From positions 128,001 through 192,000 of the IMG/VR virus record IMGVR_UViG_3300045988_177154: a DNA stretch of 64,000 nucleotides; one strand, given 5' to 3'. This DNA comes from a virus. Position numbers and translations under genes: made by a program. The notes beneath the pieces are model-generated. The model did not search any database and was not told the DNA's origin. It saw only the letters and a list, made by a program, of their open reading frames with translations. Below, piece after piece: positions 1-9,775 of the stretch (its first letter is position 1; every line of letters starts with the position of its first letter).

Positions 1-2
1 TT

Positions 3-581
3 GTTTTTTGCTCACAATATCCTGTATTTGAGAAAAGTTTAAATTCTCTATTCACAAATAGTGCTTTGATTGTAGCAGTTTTAGGATTTATACTACAAAA
101 CACAATCAAGAATATTATAGCAGGCTTAATGCTTTTATCTGCTGAAACTTTTAAAATTGGGGATAGAATAAGAATGCCCGCTCAAGATATTACTGGAACA
201 ATAGAAGAAATGACTTTAAGACATACAACTTTAAAACTTGTTACTAATGAAAGAGCAATTATTCCTAACTCAATTATGAATGATTCTATAATAGTAAACA
301 ATGATATAAAAGAGTCAATAACAAGCTACCCTATATCTCTCCAAGTTAAAATTGATAAAGATATAAGCCTTGCTAAACAAATATTAGAAGAAGCAATAGA
401 AGCTAATCAAAATCTATTAAATAAAGAAAATTCAAAAGTGACTATATCTCATGTAACTGAAACAATAGTAGAATTGAAAGCTCTTATATGGACCAAGGAT
501 ATTGAAACAAGCTTTGAAGAATTATCTAATTTAAAATTAGAAGTTATCAAAAAATTTCAAGAAAATAACTTATATGACTAA
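3..581 (+). CDS. MscS-family mechanosensitive channel, C-terminal part (5' end outside window)
   Basis: Frame is open from base 3 with no stop before the TTG at 66. NIIAGLMLL..FKIGDRI..G.IEEM.LR.T.L...N...IPNS resembles the MscS pore helix plus beta domain. Confidence 0.7.
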   Translation, partial: VFCSQYPVFEKSLNSLFTNSALIVAVLGFILQNTIKNIIAGLMLLSAETFKIGDRIRMPAQDITGTIEEMTLRHTTLKLVTNERAIIPNSIMNDSIIVNNDIKESITSYPISLQVKIDKDISLAKQILEEAIEANQNLLNKENSKVTISHVTETIVELKALIWTKDIETSFEELSNLKLEVIKKFQENNLYD

Positions 582-587
582 TAAAAA

Positions 588-604
588 GGAATAATATAAC
601 TATG
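588..604 (+). promoter_or_regulatory. Conserved promoter-like box GGAATAATATAACTAT (copy a)
   Basis: Matches the box repeated at 28939, 29981, 38191 and 46400. It sits just after the MscS stop and is followed by ~140 nt without an ORF and then a strong terminator. Confidence 0.45.
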
Positions 605-631
605 AATATAATTTTTATATTCAATAAGTAA

Positions 632-692
632 TTTTGGAGATTCCGAGCCTCACTGGAAGTTTTATATTTTGGAGATTCCGTGCCTTACTGGA
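632..692 (+). repeat. Tandem direct repeat, two 26-nt units with a 35-nt period
   Basis: TTTTGGAGATTCCGAGCCTCACTGGA (632-657) and TTTTGGAGATTCCGTGCCTTACTGGA (667-692) differ at 2 positions. Confidence 0.85.
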
Positions 693-721
693 GATAAATA
701 TGCCTGAGCCAGGTAATACAG

Positions 722-753
722 AATAACTTAGGAGTAATCCTAAGTTATTTTTT
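722..753 (+). terminator. Rho-independent terminator
   Basis: AATAACTTAGGA / TCCTAAGTTATT stem with a GTAA loop, followed by a T-run. Confidence 0.8.
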
Positions 754-835
754 AGCATTCAAATACTATTATAAAACAAAAACGTTTTTATAATTTGTCT
801 TATAATAGTTTAGCTCTTAGAGTATCAAGGAAGTA

Positions 836-850
836 GAATAATATAACTAG
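836..850 (+). promoter_or_regulatory. Box-like promoter element GAATAATATAACTAG upstream of pflB (copy b)
   Basis: Partial match to the GGAATAATATAACTATAAG box, about 65 nt upstream of the pflB ATG. GATATAAT follows at 853-860. Confidence 0.4.
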
Positions 851-915
851 ATATGATATAATAAACGAAAAGGGTTACATTTTTGGTAACTCAAAAGAAA
901 ACGAGGTGCTTTTTA

Positions 916-3216
916 ATGAAAAAAGTTATTGATGAAGCAATTTATAGTAAAGCTTGGGAAGGCTTTAAAGGAAATGCTTGGAAAGAATCGACTAGTGTTG
1001 CTAAATTCGTCCAAGATAATTATACTCCATATGATGGTGATAAAAGTTTCCTAGAAGAAGCAACAGAACGAACTTTACATATTAAACATATTATGGACTC
1101 AACTAGAGCCGAATATGAAAAAACAAGATTTCCGATGGATACTCGTCCAACTTCTATTGCTGATATTCCAGCAGGCTATATTGACAAAGAAAATGAACTT
1201 ATCTATGGACTTCAAAATGATGAATTATTCAAATTGAATTTTATGCCAAAAGGTGGTTTAAGAACAGCTGAAACCGCATTGAAAGAACACGGCTTTGAAC
1301 CCGACCCAGTTGTTCACGATTTCTACTCTAAGAATGTTGTTACAGTTAATGACGGTATCTTTAAAGCATATACACAAGACATTAGACGAGCTCGTCATTC
1401 TCACTTAATTAGTGGTTTGCCAGATGCTTATTCTCGTGGTCGTATTATTGGTGTTTATGCTAGATTGGCTCTATATGGAGCAGAATACCTAAAAGAAGAA
1501 AAGAATAGAGATTGGCAAGCAATTACTTCAACTGATGATGAATCAATCAGATTAAAAGAAGAAATCTTTAACCAATATAAAGCTCTTGATGAAATTATTA
1601 GATTAGGAGATTTGTATGGTGTTGATGTTCGTAGACCAGCATTTGATACTAAAGAAGCTATTCAATGGACTAATATTGCTTTCATGGCTGCTTGTCGTGT
1701 AATCAATGGGGCTGCTACTTCTATCGGACGCTTACCAATTGTTCTTGATGTATTTGCTGAACGTGACTTAGAACGTGGAACTTATACTGAAAAAGAAATT
1801 CAAGAGTTTGTTGATGATTTTGTAATCAAATTAAGAACAGTTAAATTTGCAAGACAAAAAGCATTTGATGAAATCTATTCAGGTGACCCAACATTTATCA
1901 CAATCTCAATGGGTGGTATGGGTAACGATGGCCGTCATAGAGTTACTAAAATGGACTATCGTTTCTTACACACTTTAGATAATATTGGAAATGCACCAGA
2001 ACCAAACTTAACTGTTCTTTGGACTGATAGATTACCTTATAACTTTAGACACTATTGTATGGAAATGAGTCACAAACACTCTTCAATCCAATACGAAGGT
2101 GTTACAACAATGGCTAAAGATGGATACGGTGAAATGAGCTGTATCTCATGTTGTGTATCTCCACTTGACCCAGAAAATGAAGAATGCCATGCAAATATTC
2201 AATACTTCGGAGCTCGTATTAACGTATTGAAAGCATTACTTACTGGATTAAATGGTGGCTATGATGATGTTCACCGTGATTACAAAGTATTTGATGTAAC
2301 AGAACCAATCACCTCTGAATATTTAGATTTTGATGAAGTATTAGACAACTTTGACAAAGCTTTAGAATGGACTACTAAGAATTATGTTGATGCTTTAAAT
2401 ATTATCCATTATATGACAGATAAATATAATTATGAAGCTGCTCAAATGGCATTGCTACCATCTAAGATTGGAATTAACATGGGATTTGGTATTTGTGGAT
2501 TTGCTAATTTAGTAGATTCATTATGTGCTATTAAATATGCTAAAGTTAAAACAATTCGTGATGAAAATGGCTATATTTATGATTATGAAGTTGAGGGTGA
2601 GTTCCCACGTTATGGTGAAGATGACCCACGCTCAAATGAAATGGCAGAATGGTTGTTAGAAACTTATTACCACAAACTTGCTAAACATAAATTGTATAAG
2701 AATGCTCGTGCTACAGTATCTATCCTTACAATTACTTCAAACGTAGCATATTCTAAACAAACTGGTAATTCACCTGTTCACAAAGGTATTTATCTAAATG
2801 AAGATGGTTCAGTAAATTACTCTAAAGTAGAGTTCTTCTCACCAGGTGCTAACCCATCTAACAAAGCAAAAGGTGGATGGCTACAAAATCTAAACTCATT
2901 ATCAAAACTTGATTTCAAATATGCTAATGACGGTATTTCATTAACAACGCAAGTTGCTCCTAAAGCATTAGGTAAAACTTATGAAGAACAAGTTGATAAC
3001 TTAGTAAGTATTCTTGATGGTTATTTTGAAAAAGGTGGTCAACACGTTAACTTAAACGTAATGCAACTTGAAGATGTTTACGAAAAGATTATGAGTGGTG
3101 AAGATGTCATAGTGAGAATCAGCGGATACTGCGTAAATACAAAATATTTAACTAAAGAACAAAAAACAGAATTAACTCAACGTGTATTCCATGAAATTTT
3201 AAATGGAGTAGAATAA
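916..3216 (+). CDS. pflB: Pyruvate formate-lyase (formate C-acetyltransferase), glycyl-radical enzyme
   Basis: ATG at 916 preceded by a GAGG RBS (the track start at 883 is TTG). Motifs: [20 protein letters not shown], adjacent active-site cysteines in CISCCVSP, C-terminal glycyl-radical motif VRISGY. Confidence 0.9.
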   Translation: MKKVIDEAIYSKAWEGFKGNAWKESTSVAKFVQDNYTPYDGDKSFLEEATERTLHIKHIMDSTRAEYEKTRFPMDTRPTSIADIPAGYIDKENELIYGLQNDELFKLNFMPKGGLRTAETALKEHGFEPDPVVHDFYSKNVVTVNDGIFKAYTQDIRRARHSHLISGLPDAYSRGRIIGVYARLALYGAEYLKEEKNRDWQAITSTDDESIRLKEEIFNQYKALDEIIRLGDLYGVDVRRPAFDTKEAIQWTNIAFMAACRVINGAATSIGRLPIVLDVFAERDLERGTYTEKEIQEFVDDFVIKLRTVKFARQKAFDEIYSGDPTFITISMGGMGNDGRHRVTKMDYRFLHTLDNIGNAPEPNLTVLWTDRLPYNFRHYCMEMSHKHSSIQYEGVTTMAKDGYGEMSCISCCVSPLDPENEECHANIQYFGARINVLKALLTGLNGGYDDVHRDYKVFDVTEPITSEYLDFDEVLDNFDKALEWTTKNYVDALNIIHYMTDKYNYEAAQMALLPSKIGINMGFGICGFANLVDSLCAIKYAKVKTIRDENGYIYDYEVEGEFPRYGEDDPRSNEMAEWLLETYYHKLAKHKLYKNARATVSILTITSNVAYSKQTGNSPVHKGIYLNEDGSVNYSKVEFFSPGANPSNKAKGGWLQNLNSLSKLDFKYANDGISLTTQVAPKALGKTYEEQVDNLVSILDGYFEKGGQHVNLNVMQLEDVYEKIMSGEDVIVRISGYCVNTKYLTKEQKTELTQRVFHEILNGVE

Positions 3217-3223
3217 AAAAATT

Positions 3224-3255
3224 AGAGAGCATAGATTAAATTATGCTCTCTTTTT
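3224..3255 (+). terminator. Rho-independent terminator of pflB
   Basis: AGAGAGCAT / ATGCTCTCT stem followed by TTTTT. Confidence 0.8.
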
Positions 3256-3375
3256 AGCGTCAGTTTAAGCAACGCTAAACTGTTTTATTGAAAACATGAA
3301 GAATGAATCGAAAGTTATGCTAAGCTGTTTTAGAGCGCTGTTAGTGACAGTGTAGCAATGTCTAAAACAAAATTG
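3256..3375. repeat. IGR-120 intergenic repeat, copy R1 (divergent, forward-like)
   Basis: Contains two TAAGCTGTTTTA-type words (ACGCTAAACTGTTTTATTG and TGCTAAGCTGTTTTAG) and TAGTGACAG, which resembles the TAGTGACGATATAAC end of other copies. Confidence 0.6.
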
Positions 3376-3458
3376 GAATAAAATATTTTTTGATTTACTT
3401 TTTTGAAAGATTTTGTTACAATAGATGAAATAAAAATAAAAAAGAAAAGAGATTCTAT

Positions 3459-4025
3459 ATGATAGATTCAAAACTATTAAAACCTCGTAGTGGCACTAAC
3501 AAGTGCAAGTTATTTATTAAAGGTGACTGGAATGATGCTGATTATATTACAGAAGATACCTCTTTGACTATTGACCAACTGAAAGAACTATTGCCCTATT
3601 TTAGTATTTTGTTGGATTTATTCAAATTTGACAATAATTATAGACGCAAAACTCGTGATTACAGAATAGATATTAGAGATGAGTTTAATAGTGCTTTAGC
3701 TTTTTATCTTGGCTACAATAAGAACTTCTACCCACAACTTTTAGAGTTAAAGAAAAATAAAGAAATCCTTTCAGATAGACTAATTGATTTAGATGAAGAT
3801 AATTTTGAAGATGTGTATTATACAGTACTTCTGAATATTAAGGACTTTAGTTATGACGAATTTTTGCCTTATTATGAAGGTTGGGGCATTCATAACATTG
3901 TGGATATGTATATTGATTACAAAGGTAATAAATATGATGTGTTACCAGGCAAATCATTAGAAGCTTTTGCAGAACTTATGGATATGGAGTATGACAACTT
4001 CTCTTGGAGCCATGAAGATGAATAA
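3459..4025 (+). CDS. Hypothetical protein
   Basis: 188-aa ORF with ATG start and a weak purine-rich RBS. Its 3' end overlaps the start of the following HTH gene. Confidence 0.6.
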   Translation: MIDSKLLKPRSGTNKCKLFIKGDWNDADYITEDTSLTIDQLKELLPYFSILLDLFKFDNNYRRKTRDYRIDIRDEFNSALAFYLGYNKNFYPQLLELKKNKEILSDRLIDLDEDNFEDVYYTVLLNIKDFSYDEFLPYYEGWGIHNIVDMYIDYKGNKYDVLPGKSLEAFAELMDMEYDNFSWSHEDE

Positions 4026-4353
4026 AGAAATAGGAAATCGAATAAAAACAATGAGAGAAAATGCTTCATTAACTCAAGATGAAGTTGCTAAATATCTTGG
4101 TATAAGCAAAGATAAATATGCTGGAATAGAATTAGGAATATTTACACCAACGTTAGTAATTCTAAATCAATTATCTAAGCTCTTTAAAGTTTCGGTAGAA
4201 ACACTAACAGAAAATAGTAAAGAATCAAATTATGCTGATTTTAATATAACAAAAGAAACAAAAGATAAACTTGATATGATTGACTTATTTTATGCTAACA
4301 AAAATTTATATAAAAAATTGATTTATCAGAAGCAAGGAAAAGGAGTAAACTAA
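4012..4353 (+). CDS. XRE-family helix-turn-helix transcriptional regulator
   Basis: IGNRIKTMRENASLTQDEVAKYLGISKDKYAGIELG is a typical Cro/C1 HTH. ATG at 4012 or 4018 preferred over the track start at 3967. Confidence 0.7.
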   Translation: MKMNKEIGNRIKTMRENASLTQDEVAKYLGISKDKYAGIELGIFTPTLVILNQLSKLFKVSVETLTENSKESNYADFNITKETKDKLDMIDLFYANKNLYKKLIYQKQGKGVN

Positions 4354-4371
4354 AACATTTACTCCTTTTTC
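4338..4371 (+). terminator. Rho-independent terminator
   Basis: AGGAGTAAA / TTTACTCCT stem spanning the stop codon, followed by a T-run. Confidence 0.7.
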
Positions 4372-4495
4372 TTAGTGTTAAAATAAGCAACTCTAAGCTG
4401 TTTTATTGAATGGTCGATACATTTATAGAAAATCAGTTTTGACTGTATTACTGTTTCACTAGTGACGATATAACGACATTCAAAATCAGTTTCAG
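4372..4495 (+). repeat. IGR-120 intergenic repeat, copy R2 (forward)
   Basis: CTCTAAGCTGTTTTATTG, a degenerate palindrome GTCGATACATTTATAGA, AAAATCAGTTTT, CACTAGTGACGATATAACG, CAAAATCAGTTT. Confidence 0.85.
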
Positions 4496-4526
4496 TATAT
4501 AGAAAAAGAGAGCAAATTGCTCTCTT

Positions 4527-5699
4527 TTATTTTGTCAGTGATTCAATAAATTCTTTTTTAGATTTTCCTTGGCAAGCAAGTTTTTTAGATTGCAAAATCA
4601 GTTCACCAAATTCTTTTGATGGTTTAAATCCAAGTTGAATTAACTCTTGACCTGTAATGAATTGTGTTGAAATTATTTCTTGACTCACTTTAAACATAGA
4701 AGTCAATAATTTAATTTCAAATGTTGGCAAACCTAGCTTAATACCTTGAACAAGAATTGAGAATAAAGCAAATTCTTTAAATTTGATTTGCTCTGTTTTG
4801 AAAACAAATTCTCCAACTGTTTTTGAATCTTTAATAAATGATGAAGTAACTTCAGCCAAGAATTTGAATGATTTAATCATTTCAACAATTTCTGTTTGAT
4901 TTGTGATTGTTAATTCAGAACTTTCAAAGATGAAAGCAATAACAATTTCTGTTACTTTCTCTGGGCATAATTCCTTTGTAGCTTGAGTTAATTTATCAAT
5001 CAATTCAAGTTTTAAAGATGTTGGGAAGAAATCTGTAAGCACTCCCATTTTTTCTAATTTCTTAAAGAATACAGATGGTTTTTCTGATTTAGTAATTGCT
5101 TTGTGAGTTTCTTCAAAAATTCGTTCCATTGGAAGAATAGAGCAATCAAGAGTTTTAGAAATTTCAATTGTTTCAGGTGCAATTTCAAATCCAAAGCGAG
5201 AAGCAAATTGAGCTGCACGAAATACTCGTAATGAATCTTCAGCAAATTTTTCAGTACAATGTCTAATGACACCAGTTTCTAAATCTTTCATTCCACCAAA
5301 GAAGTCAAGAATTTTACCTGTTTGTGTGTCTTTCATTAGAGCGTTGATTGTAAAATCTCGGCGTTCAGCAGCTTTTGCTTCACCAATAAATGGGTCAACA
5401 ACAATTTCAAAGTCAGTATGTTTTTCTCCAATTTGTTTTTCTGTACGAGGGAAACTAAAGTCGAAATCAGTTCCGTCCATGAAAGCTTTGTAAACGCCAA
5501 ATGACTTGCCCACAAAGTCAATTTTAATACCAAGAGATTTAGCAACAGAAATAAAATCATCTTCTGTAATAAAATGAATTTCAATGTCAATGTCTTTGTT
5601 AGTTTTGCCTAACACTTCATCTCGGACACAACCACCTACATAATAAGTTTTTGCTCCCTTTTCTGATAATTTTTTAAGTAGTGTTTTTAATTTAGTCAT
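4527..5699 (-). CDS. cca: CCA-adding enzyme (tRNA nucleotidyltransferase, class II)
   Basis: YYVGGCVRDEVLGK..KDIDIE head motif and RRDFTINAL motif of the PolyA-polymerase/CCA family. 390 aa. Confidence 0.85.
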   Translation of the reverse strand: MTKLKTLLKKLSEKGAKTYYVGGCVRDEVLGKTNKDIDIEIHFITEDDFISVAKSLGIKIDFVGKSFGVYKAFMDGTDFDFSFPRTEKQIGEKHTDFEIVVDPFIGEAKAAERRDFTINALMKDTQTGKILDFFGGMKDLETGVIRHCTEKFAEDSLRVFRAAQFASRFGFEIAPETIEISKTLDCSILPMERIFEETHKAITKSEKPSVFFKKLEKMGVLTDFFPTSLKLELIDKLTQATKELCPEKVTEIVIAFIFESSELTITNQTEIVEMIKSFKFLAEVTSSFIKDSKTVGEFVFKTEQIKFKEFALFSILVQGIKLGLPTFEIKLLTSMFKVSQEIISTQFITGQELIQLGFKPSKEFGELILQSKKLACQGKSKKEFIESLTK

Positions 5700-5730
5700 A
5701 AGTTTTTCCTCTTTCGTTTTCTATATTTAT

Positions 5731-5759
5731 ATGATACAACAAAAATTTCACTTTGTCAA
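5731..5759 (-). promoter_or_regulatory. Sigma-70-type promoter for cca
   Basis: On the minus strand: TTGACA, 17-nt spacer, TATCAT. Confidence 0.6.
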
Positions 5760-5776
5760 CAATAAAATAAAAAATA

Positions 5777-5805
5777 TTTACATTTTTAAAATTTTTTGTT
5801 ATAAT
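5777..5805 (+). promoter_or_regulatory. Sigma-70-type promoter for the Thg1-like operon
   Basis: TTTACA, 17-nt spacer, TATAAT. Divergent from the cca promoter. Confidence 0.6.
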
Positions 5806-5868
5806 GAATTTGTTCTCAAAAGGTGCTTAAAAAATTTGAATAAAATAAAATAAATTGGAGAACACAAA

Positions 5869-6663
5869 ATGAAAACACAAGATGTTATTGGAAACAAATA
5901 TAAAGCCTTGGAAAAGGAATATAGAGCAAAATTTGAAAGCAATAAATATTTAATTCTTAGATTAGATGGTAAAGCTTTCCACTCATTCACAAAAGGAATG
6001 AAAAAGCCATTTGATGAAAGATTATATGAAATCTTCAAAGAAACTTTGAAATACTTATGTGAAAATGTCGATGGCGTGAAAATTGGCTATTATCAATCAG
6101 ACGAAATCTCTTTGGTCTTATTTAATGATAGCCCTAAAATCAATAAACAATATTGGTTTGATAACAAAGTAGAAAAAATCCTTACTATTGCTACATCAAT
6201 CTGTACTGCTAAATTTAATTCTGAATATAACAAATTCGGACAATTTGGAGCTAAAGAGTTTGGCTTCTTCGATGCAAGAGGATTTGTAGTAGATACACTT
6301 GATGAAGTACAAGAATATTTAGAATGGAGAGTTAATGACTCTGTTAAAAATTCTGTTTATTTATATGCTTTTGATAAAGTGAAAGATAATAGCAATCCTA
6401 CTAAAGCTTTGATGAATATGTCTGTTAAAGAAAAGATTGATTTGTTAAAGAATGAATATGGAGTAGATTATTACAACTTTGAATCAAAATATAGAAAAGG
6501 AATTTTTTACTCTAAAGAGTATACTACATTCGTAGTTAAAAAAGAACAATACCCACAACATTTGAAAGAAGATAAGATTGTCACTAGAAGAAAATTCAAA
6601 TTACATGAAACTTTTGATAATGTTGCAGATATTGTTGACCATTTTAGAACGAAAGGTGAATAA
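5869..6663 (+). CDS. Thg1-like protein (tRNA-His guanylyltransferase family 3'-5' nucleotidyltransferase)
   Basis: LILRLDGKAFHSFTKGMKKPFDERL and YQSDEISLVL match the Thg1/TLP palm-domain motifs. Confidence 0.75.
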   Translation: MKTQDVIGNKYKALEKEYRAKFESNKYLILRLDGKAFHSFTKGMKKPFDERLYEIFKETLKYLCENVDGVKIGYYQSDEISLVLFNDSPKINKQYWFDNKVEKILTIATSICTAKFNSEYNKFGQFGAKEFGFFDARGFVVDTLDEVQEYLEWRVNDSVKNSVYLYAFDKVKDNSNPTKALMNMSVKEKIDLLKNEYGVDYYNFESKYRKGIFYSKEYTTFVVKKEQYPQHLKEDKIVTRRKFKLHETFDNVADIVDHFRTKGE

Positions 6664-6665
6664 TT

Positions 6666-7421
6666 ATGAGTAATAATCAGATTATTACTAGTTATAATAA
6701 AATTGCTTTTTTAGGTGACTTGCATGGAAATACAAATAATGCTTATAAGTTAATTGATTACATTATGGAACAAGATAATCCCGATTTGTTAATTCAAGTT
6801 GGAGATATGGGAGTAATGGGGGAGCTGTTTGAAAAATACCTAAATAAGCTAAATAAAAAATTGGAATCTTATAATATAGAGCTTTGGTTTATTGACGGCA
6901 ATCATGAGAATTTCAATTGGTTACTAAACAAAGTTAAAAATCCTCATGGACTCAATTCTATTACTTCTAAAATTAAATATATTCCTAGAGGAACAATGCT
7001 AACACTAGGAAAGAAAAACTTTTATTTTTGTGGTGGAGCCTTCTCTATTGATAAATTCATGAGAACTATTTATAAGAGTTGGTGGCCACAAGAAACTTTA
7101 TCCAAAGAAGAAACTGAAGAGCTAATCAATTATTACAATGAGAATTATAGTAATTATAAAATTGACTATTTTATCTCACATGATACTCCATTGTTTGACC
7201 ATTATCAAGATGATTCTATCTTTAGGAGTCAGGCAGATTTTTATGAAGATTACTTCCATAAGATGAATTTAAGTAAATTGTATGAACTAACTAAAGCTCC
7301 AAAAATTATTCATGGGCATTATCATACTTATAATAAATTTGAAAAAGATGGTATTGAAAATATTACTCTTAATTGTGATAGCTCTCCATTTGAAGAACAA
7401 TATATTATTGTGGAAGTGTAA
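6666..7421 (+). CDS. Calcineurin-like metallophosphoesterase
   Basis: Motif series IAFLGDLHGN, VGDMG, GNHEN, ISHDTP, IHGHYH. Starts 3 nt after the Thg1-like stop. Confidence 0.75.
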   Translation: MSNNQIITSYNKIAFLGDLHGNTNNAYKLIDYIMEQDNPDLLIQVGDMGVMGELFEKYLNKLNKKLESYNIELWFIDGNHENFNWLLNKVKNPHGLNSITSKIKYIPRGTMLTLGKKNFYFCGGAFSIDKFMRTIYKSWWPQETLSKEETEELINYYNENYSNYKIDYFISHDTPLFDHYQDDSIFRSQADFYEDYFHKMNLSKLYELTKAPKIIHGHYHTYNKFEKDGIENITLNCDSSPFEEQYIIVEV

Positions 7422-7488
7422 CTCAGAGTTGACTTTTTATTGATTTTATGATAGAATGGAAGAAAATAAATTTTAAAAGGGTGAAGAA

Positions 7489-8496
7489 ATGACAATAGAT
7501 AAAAAAGCTTTAGAATATAGAAATGAAGCAATTCAACTAAGAGAAGAATATGAACAAAGAGCTAAAGAATTAAAGAATTTAGATAATACAACAAAAGAAT
7601 GGTTTGATGGAATTGATGAAAATAGAAGATTTTTCTTTAAAGCTCTTTTGCCTGAATACAAATTCTTAAGTTATCTGAATGATGAACAATTAGCGAAATT
7701 TACTGAACATCGTATGGGTAAACCAAGAAAAGAAAATCCTAATTATAACTTTCACCCAGAGATTACTGACTATAACAGAAGTAATTGCTTAAATCTTATG
7801 AGTGCTATTTCAGGTAAAACAATTGAACAAATTATTAAAGTTAGAGATAAACTTGAAAATATGACTGAATTAGAAGCTTATCGCTATATTATGGAACGTA
7901 TTCCATTACGAACTGATAAGCCAATTGTTGCTTTGGATTTAGAAGCCGCTTCACCTAGTCTTCGGGATATGAATAATAAATTTGACTTTGGTCCTCGTAC
8001 AGAAATTATTGAAGTTGGTTATATTAAAGTTTGGCCTGATGGTAAAGTTAAGAAATTCTCTAAATTATTTGGTGTAGACCCAAATTTACTTAAAACTAAT
8101 GGAACTGGTAGAGAAGATATTCACAATATTTCCCCGAACGACATTAAAGATTTACCTAGATTTGTTGATGATTTAGAAGCTCAAAAAGAAATCTATAATG
8201 ATTTGAAAGATTCTATTTTATTGGCTCATAATGCTCGTTATGAAAAGGGGCAACTATCTCATTCATTGAGGGGCTTTAATAAACTTATGAAAGAGAATAG
8301 ATTAGAAGTTATTGATACAATGCACTTATCTCAATTCTTTATGCCTCAAAATGAAAATAATACTAACGAAGCTTTTGTTACTAATACTGGTGGAAAATAT
8401 GAAGAAGCTCATAGAGCCTTTGCTGATGCACTAATGTCATTAAATGCTTTTATGAGATATTTTAAAAAACCAGAAATTAAAATCAAAAAGGATTAG
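7489..8496 (+). CDS. DEDD(h) 3'-5' exonuclease (DnaQ/RNase T-like) with an unknown ~140-aa N-terminal domain
   Basis: ExoI IVALDLEAAS, ExoII LLAHNARYEKGQL, ExoIII HRAFADAL. Confidence 0.7.
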   Translation: MTIDKKALEYRNEAIQLREEYEQRAKELKNLDNTTKEWFDGIDENRRFFFKALLPEYKFLSYLNDEQLAKFTEHRMGKPRKENPNYNFHPEITDYNRSNCLNLMSAISGKTIEQIIKVRDKLENMTELEAYRYIMERIPLRTDKPIVALDLEAASPSLRDMNNKFDFGPRTEIIEVGYIKVWPDGKVKKFSKLFGVDPNLLKTNGTGREDIHNISPNDIKDLPRFVDDLEAQKEIYNDLKDSILLAHNARYEKGQLSHSLRGFNKLMKENRLEVIDTMHLSQFFMPQNENNTNEAFVTNTGGKYEEAHRAFADALMSLNAFMRYFKKPEIKIKKD

Positions 8497-8498
8497 TT

Positions 8499-8993
8499 AT
8501 GAACAAAAGAAAAATTATTGCCATATGGGCAGAAGATGAAAATGGCTTAATTGGTAAAGACAATGGTTTACCATGGAAAAAGCCCGAAGATTTAAAACAT
8601 TTTAAAGAAACAACTATCAATAAAACAATTGTAATGGGTAGTAAGACTTTTGAAGGTCTTGGAAAGAAAACACTTCCTAACAGAACTACAATTATCCTTA
8701 CTAGAGATTTAAATTATGAGGCTAACGGAGCGATTGTTTGTAATTCTATTGATGAAGTTTTAAATAGTACAAATGATAATTTGTATATTGTTGGTGGGAA
8801 AGAAGTTTATAAATCTTTCTTTCCTTACCTTACTGATTTAATTAAAACTGAAATTAAAGGAACTTATGAGGGCGATACTTATATTGATAATACGTTTAAT
8901 TATCTACAATTTAAGCTAGACTCAATTAAACAGCTTTCTGATGATGTGCTTGTAAAATATTTCAAGAGGGTATCTGATGAAGATTATCAATAA
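8499..8993 (+). CDS. folA: Dihydrofolate reductase
   Basis: IAIWAEDENGLIGKDNGLPWK, DLKHFKETT, IVMGSKTFE, LPNRTTIILTR, YIVGG. Confidence 0.85.
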   Translation: MNKRKIIAIWAEDENGLIGKDNGLPWKKPEDLKHFKETTINKTIVMGSKTFEGLGKKTLPNRTTIILTRDLNYEANGAIVCNSIDEVLNSTNDNLYIVGGKEVYKSFFPYLTDLIKTEIKGTYEGDTYIDNTFNYLQFKLDSIKQLSDDVLVKYFKRVSDEDYQ

Positions 8994-9411
8994 AGATATA
9001 ACAACTCTCAAAAAAGGCATTTTACTTCAACAAGTCAATTGTCAAAATACAATGGGCTCTGGAGTAGCAAAAGCTATTTATTTAAAATGGCCTATCGTCA
9101 AGAAAGAATACCACAAATTTTCTCAAAACAAAACCCCTAATGATTTGCTTGGTCTAATCCAAGAAATAAAAATCAATGAAGATTTATTAGTAGTAAATTC
9201 CTTTACTCAATTAACTTATGGAAGAACTGGAAAACATACCAATGAAGATTTACTAATCAAAAATATTAAAGAAATTGCTAATAAATATAGCAATCAAACA
9301 ATAGTTATTCCTTACTTAATTGGGTGTGGATTAGGTGGTGGAAATTGGGATTACATTTTTAAAAATATAAAAAATATAAACAATCTTTTAATCTGTAAAT
9401 ATGAGGGATAA
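8977..9411 (+). CDS. Macro domain protein (ADP-ribose binding/hydrolase)
   Basis: LLQQVNCQNTMGSGVAKAI and GCGLGGGNW resemble macro-domain phosphate-binding loops. Overlaps the folA 3' end by 17 nt. Confidence 0.65.
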   Translation: MKIINKDITTLKKGILLQQVNCQNTMGSGVAKAIYLKWPIVKKEYHKFSQNKTPNDLLGLIQEIKINEDLLVVNSFTQLTYGRTGKHTNEDLLIKNIKEIANKYSNQTIVIPYLIGCGLGGGNWDYIFKNIKNINNLLICKYEG

Positions 9412-9413
9412 TT

Positions 9414-9773
9414 ATGAAAGACTTGAAATTAAATGTCAAAGAATCACGTTACAAAGGCTTTAAAGTAGGACAAGGAGTACAATTTACTTATTTCACAAAA
9501 GATGATTTAGAAGTTATTAGAGTAGCATTTCTAACTTTAGGAAATGTCCGAACTAAATTCCAACGTGTTATTAAAAAGAAACCAGAGTTAGAAAAAGGTT
9601 TGGAAGAGCTTAAACATATTATCTATAAACGAACTAACTTTGTGCCAAGTGATAAGAACGATAAAGAATTTTTAGATTGGTGCAATAACATTGTCAAAGA
9701 AGGCTCAGTTGATTATTATAAAACATTGTTAAACAAAACTAAGAAAGAATTAGAAGAAGAAAAAGGAGAATAA
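9414..9773 (+). CDS. Hypothetical protein
   Basis: 119-aa ORF with a GAGGG RBS. Tightly packed in the operon. Confidence 0.65.
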   Translation: MKDLKLNVKESRYKGFKVGQGVQFTYFTKDDLEVIRVAFLTLGNVRTKFQRVIKKKPELEKGLEELKHIIYKRTNFVPSDKNDKEFLDWCNNIVKEGSVDYYKTLLNKTKKELEEEKGE

Positions 9774-9775
9774 AT

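Noticed and set aside
3265-3471. ORF-track CDS 3265..3471 (-).
   Set aside because: It lies entirely within repeat copy R1 and the following promoter region. It is low-complexity and F/I/K-rich with no RBS, which is typical of an AT-rich spurious frame.
5054-5590. ORFs 5054..5272(-), 5266..5493(+) and 5336..5590(-).
   Set aside because: All are nested in alternative frames or on the opposite strand of the well-supported cca gene.
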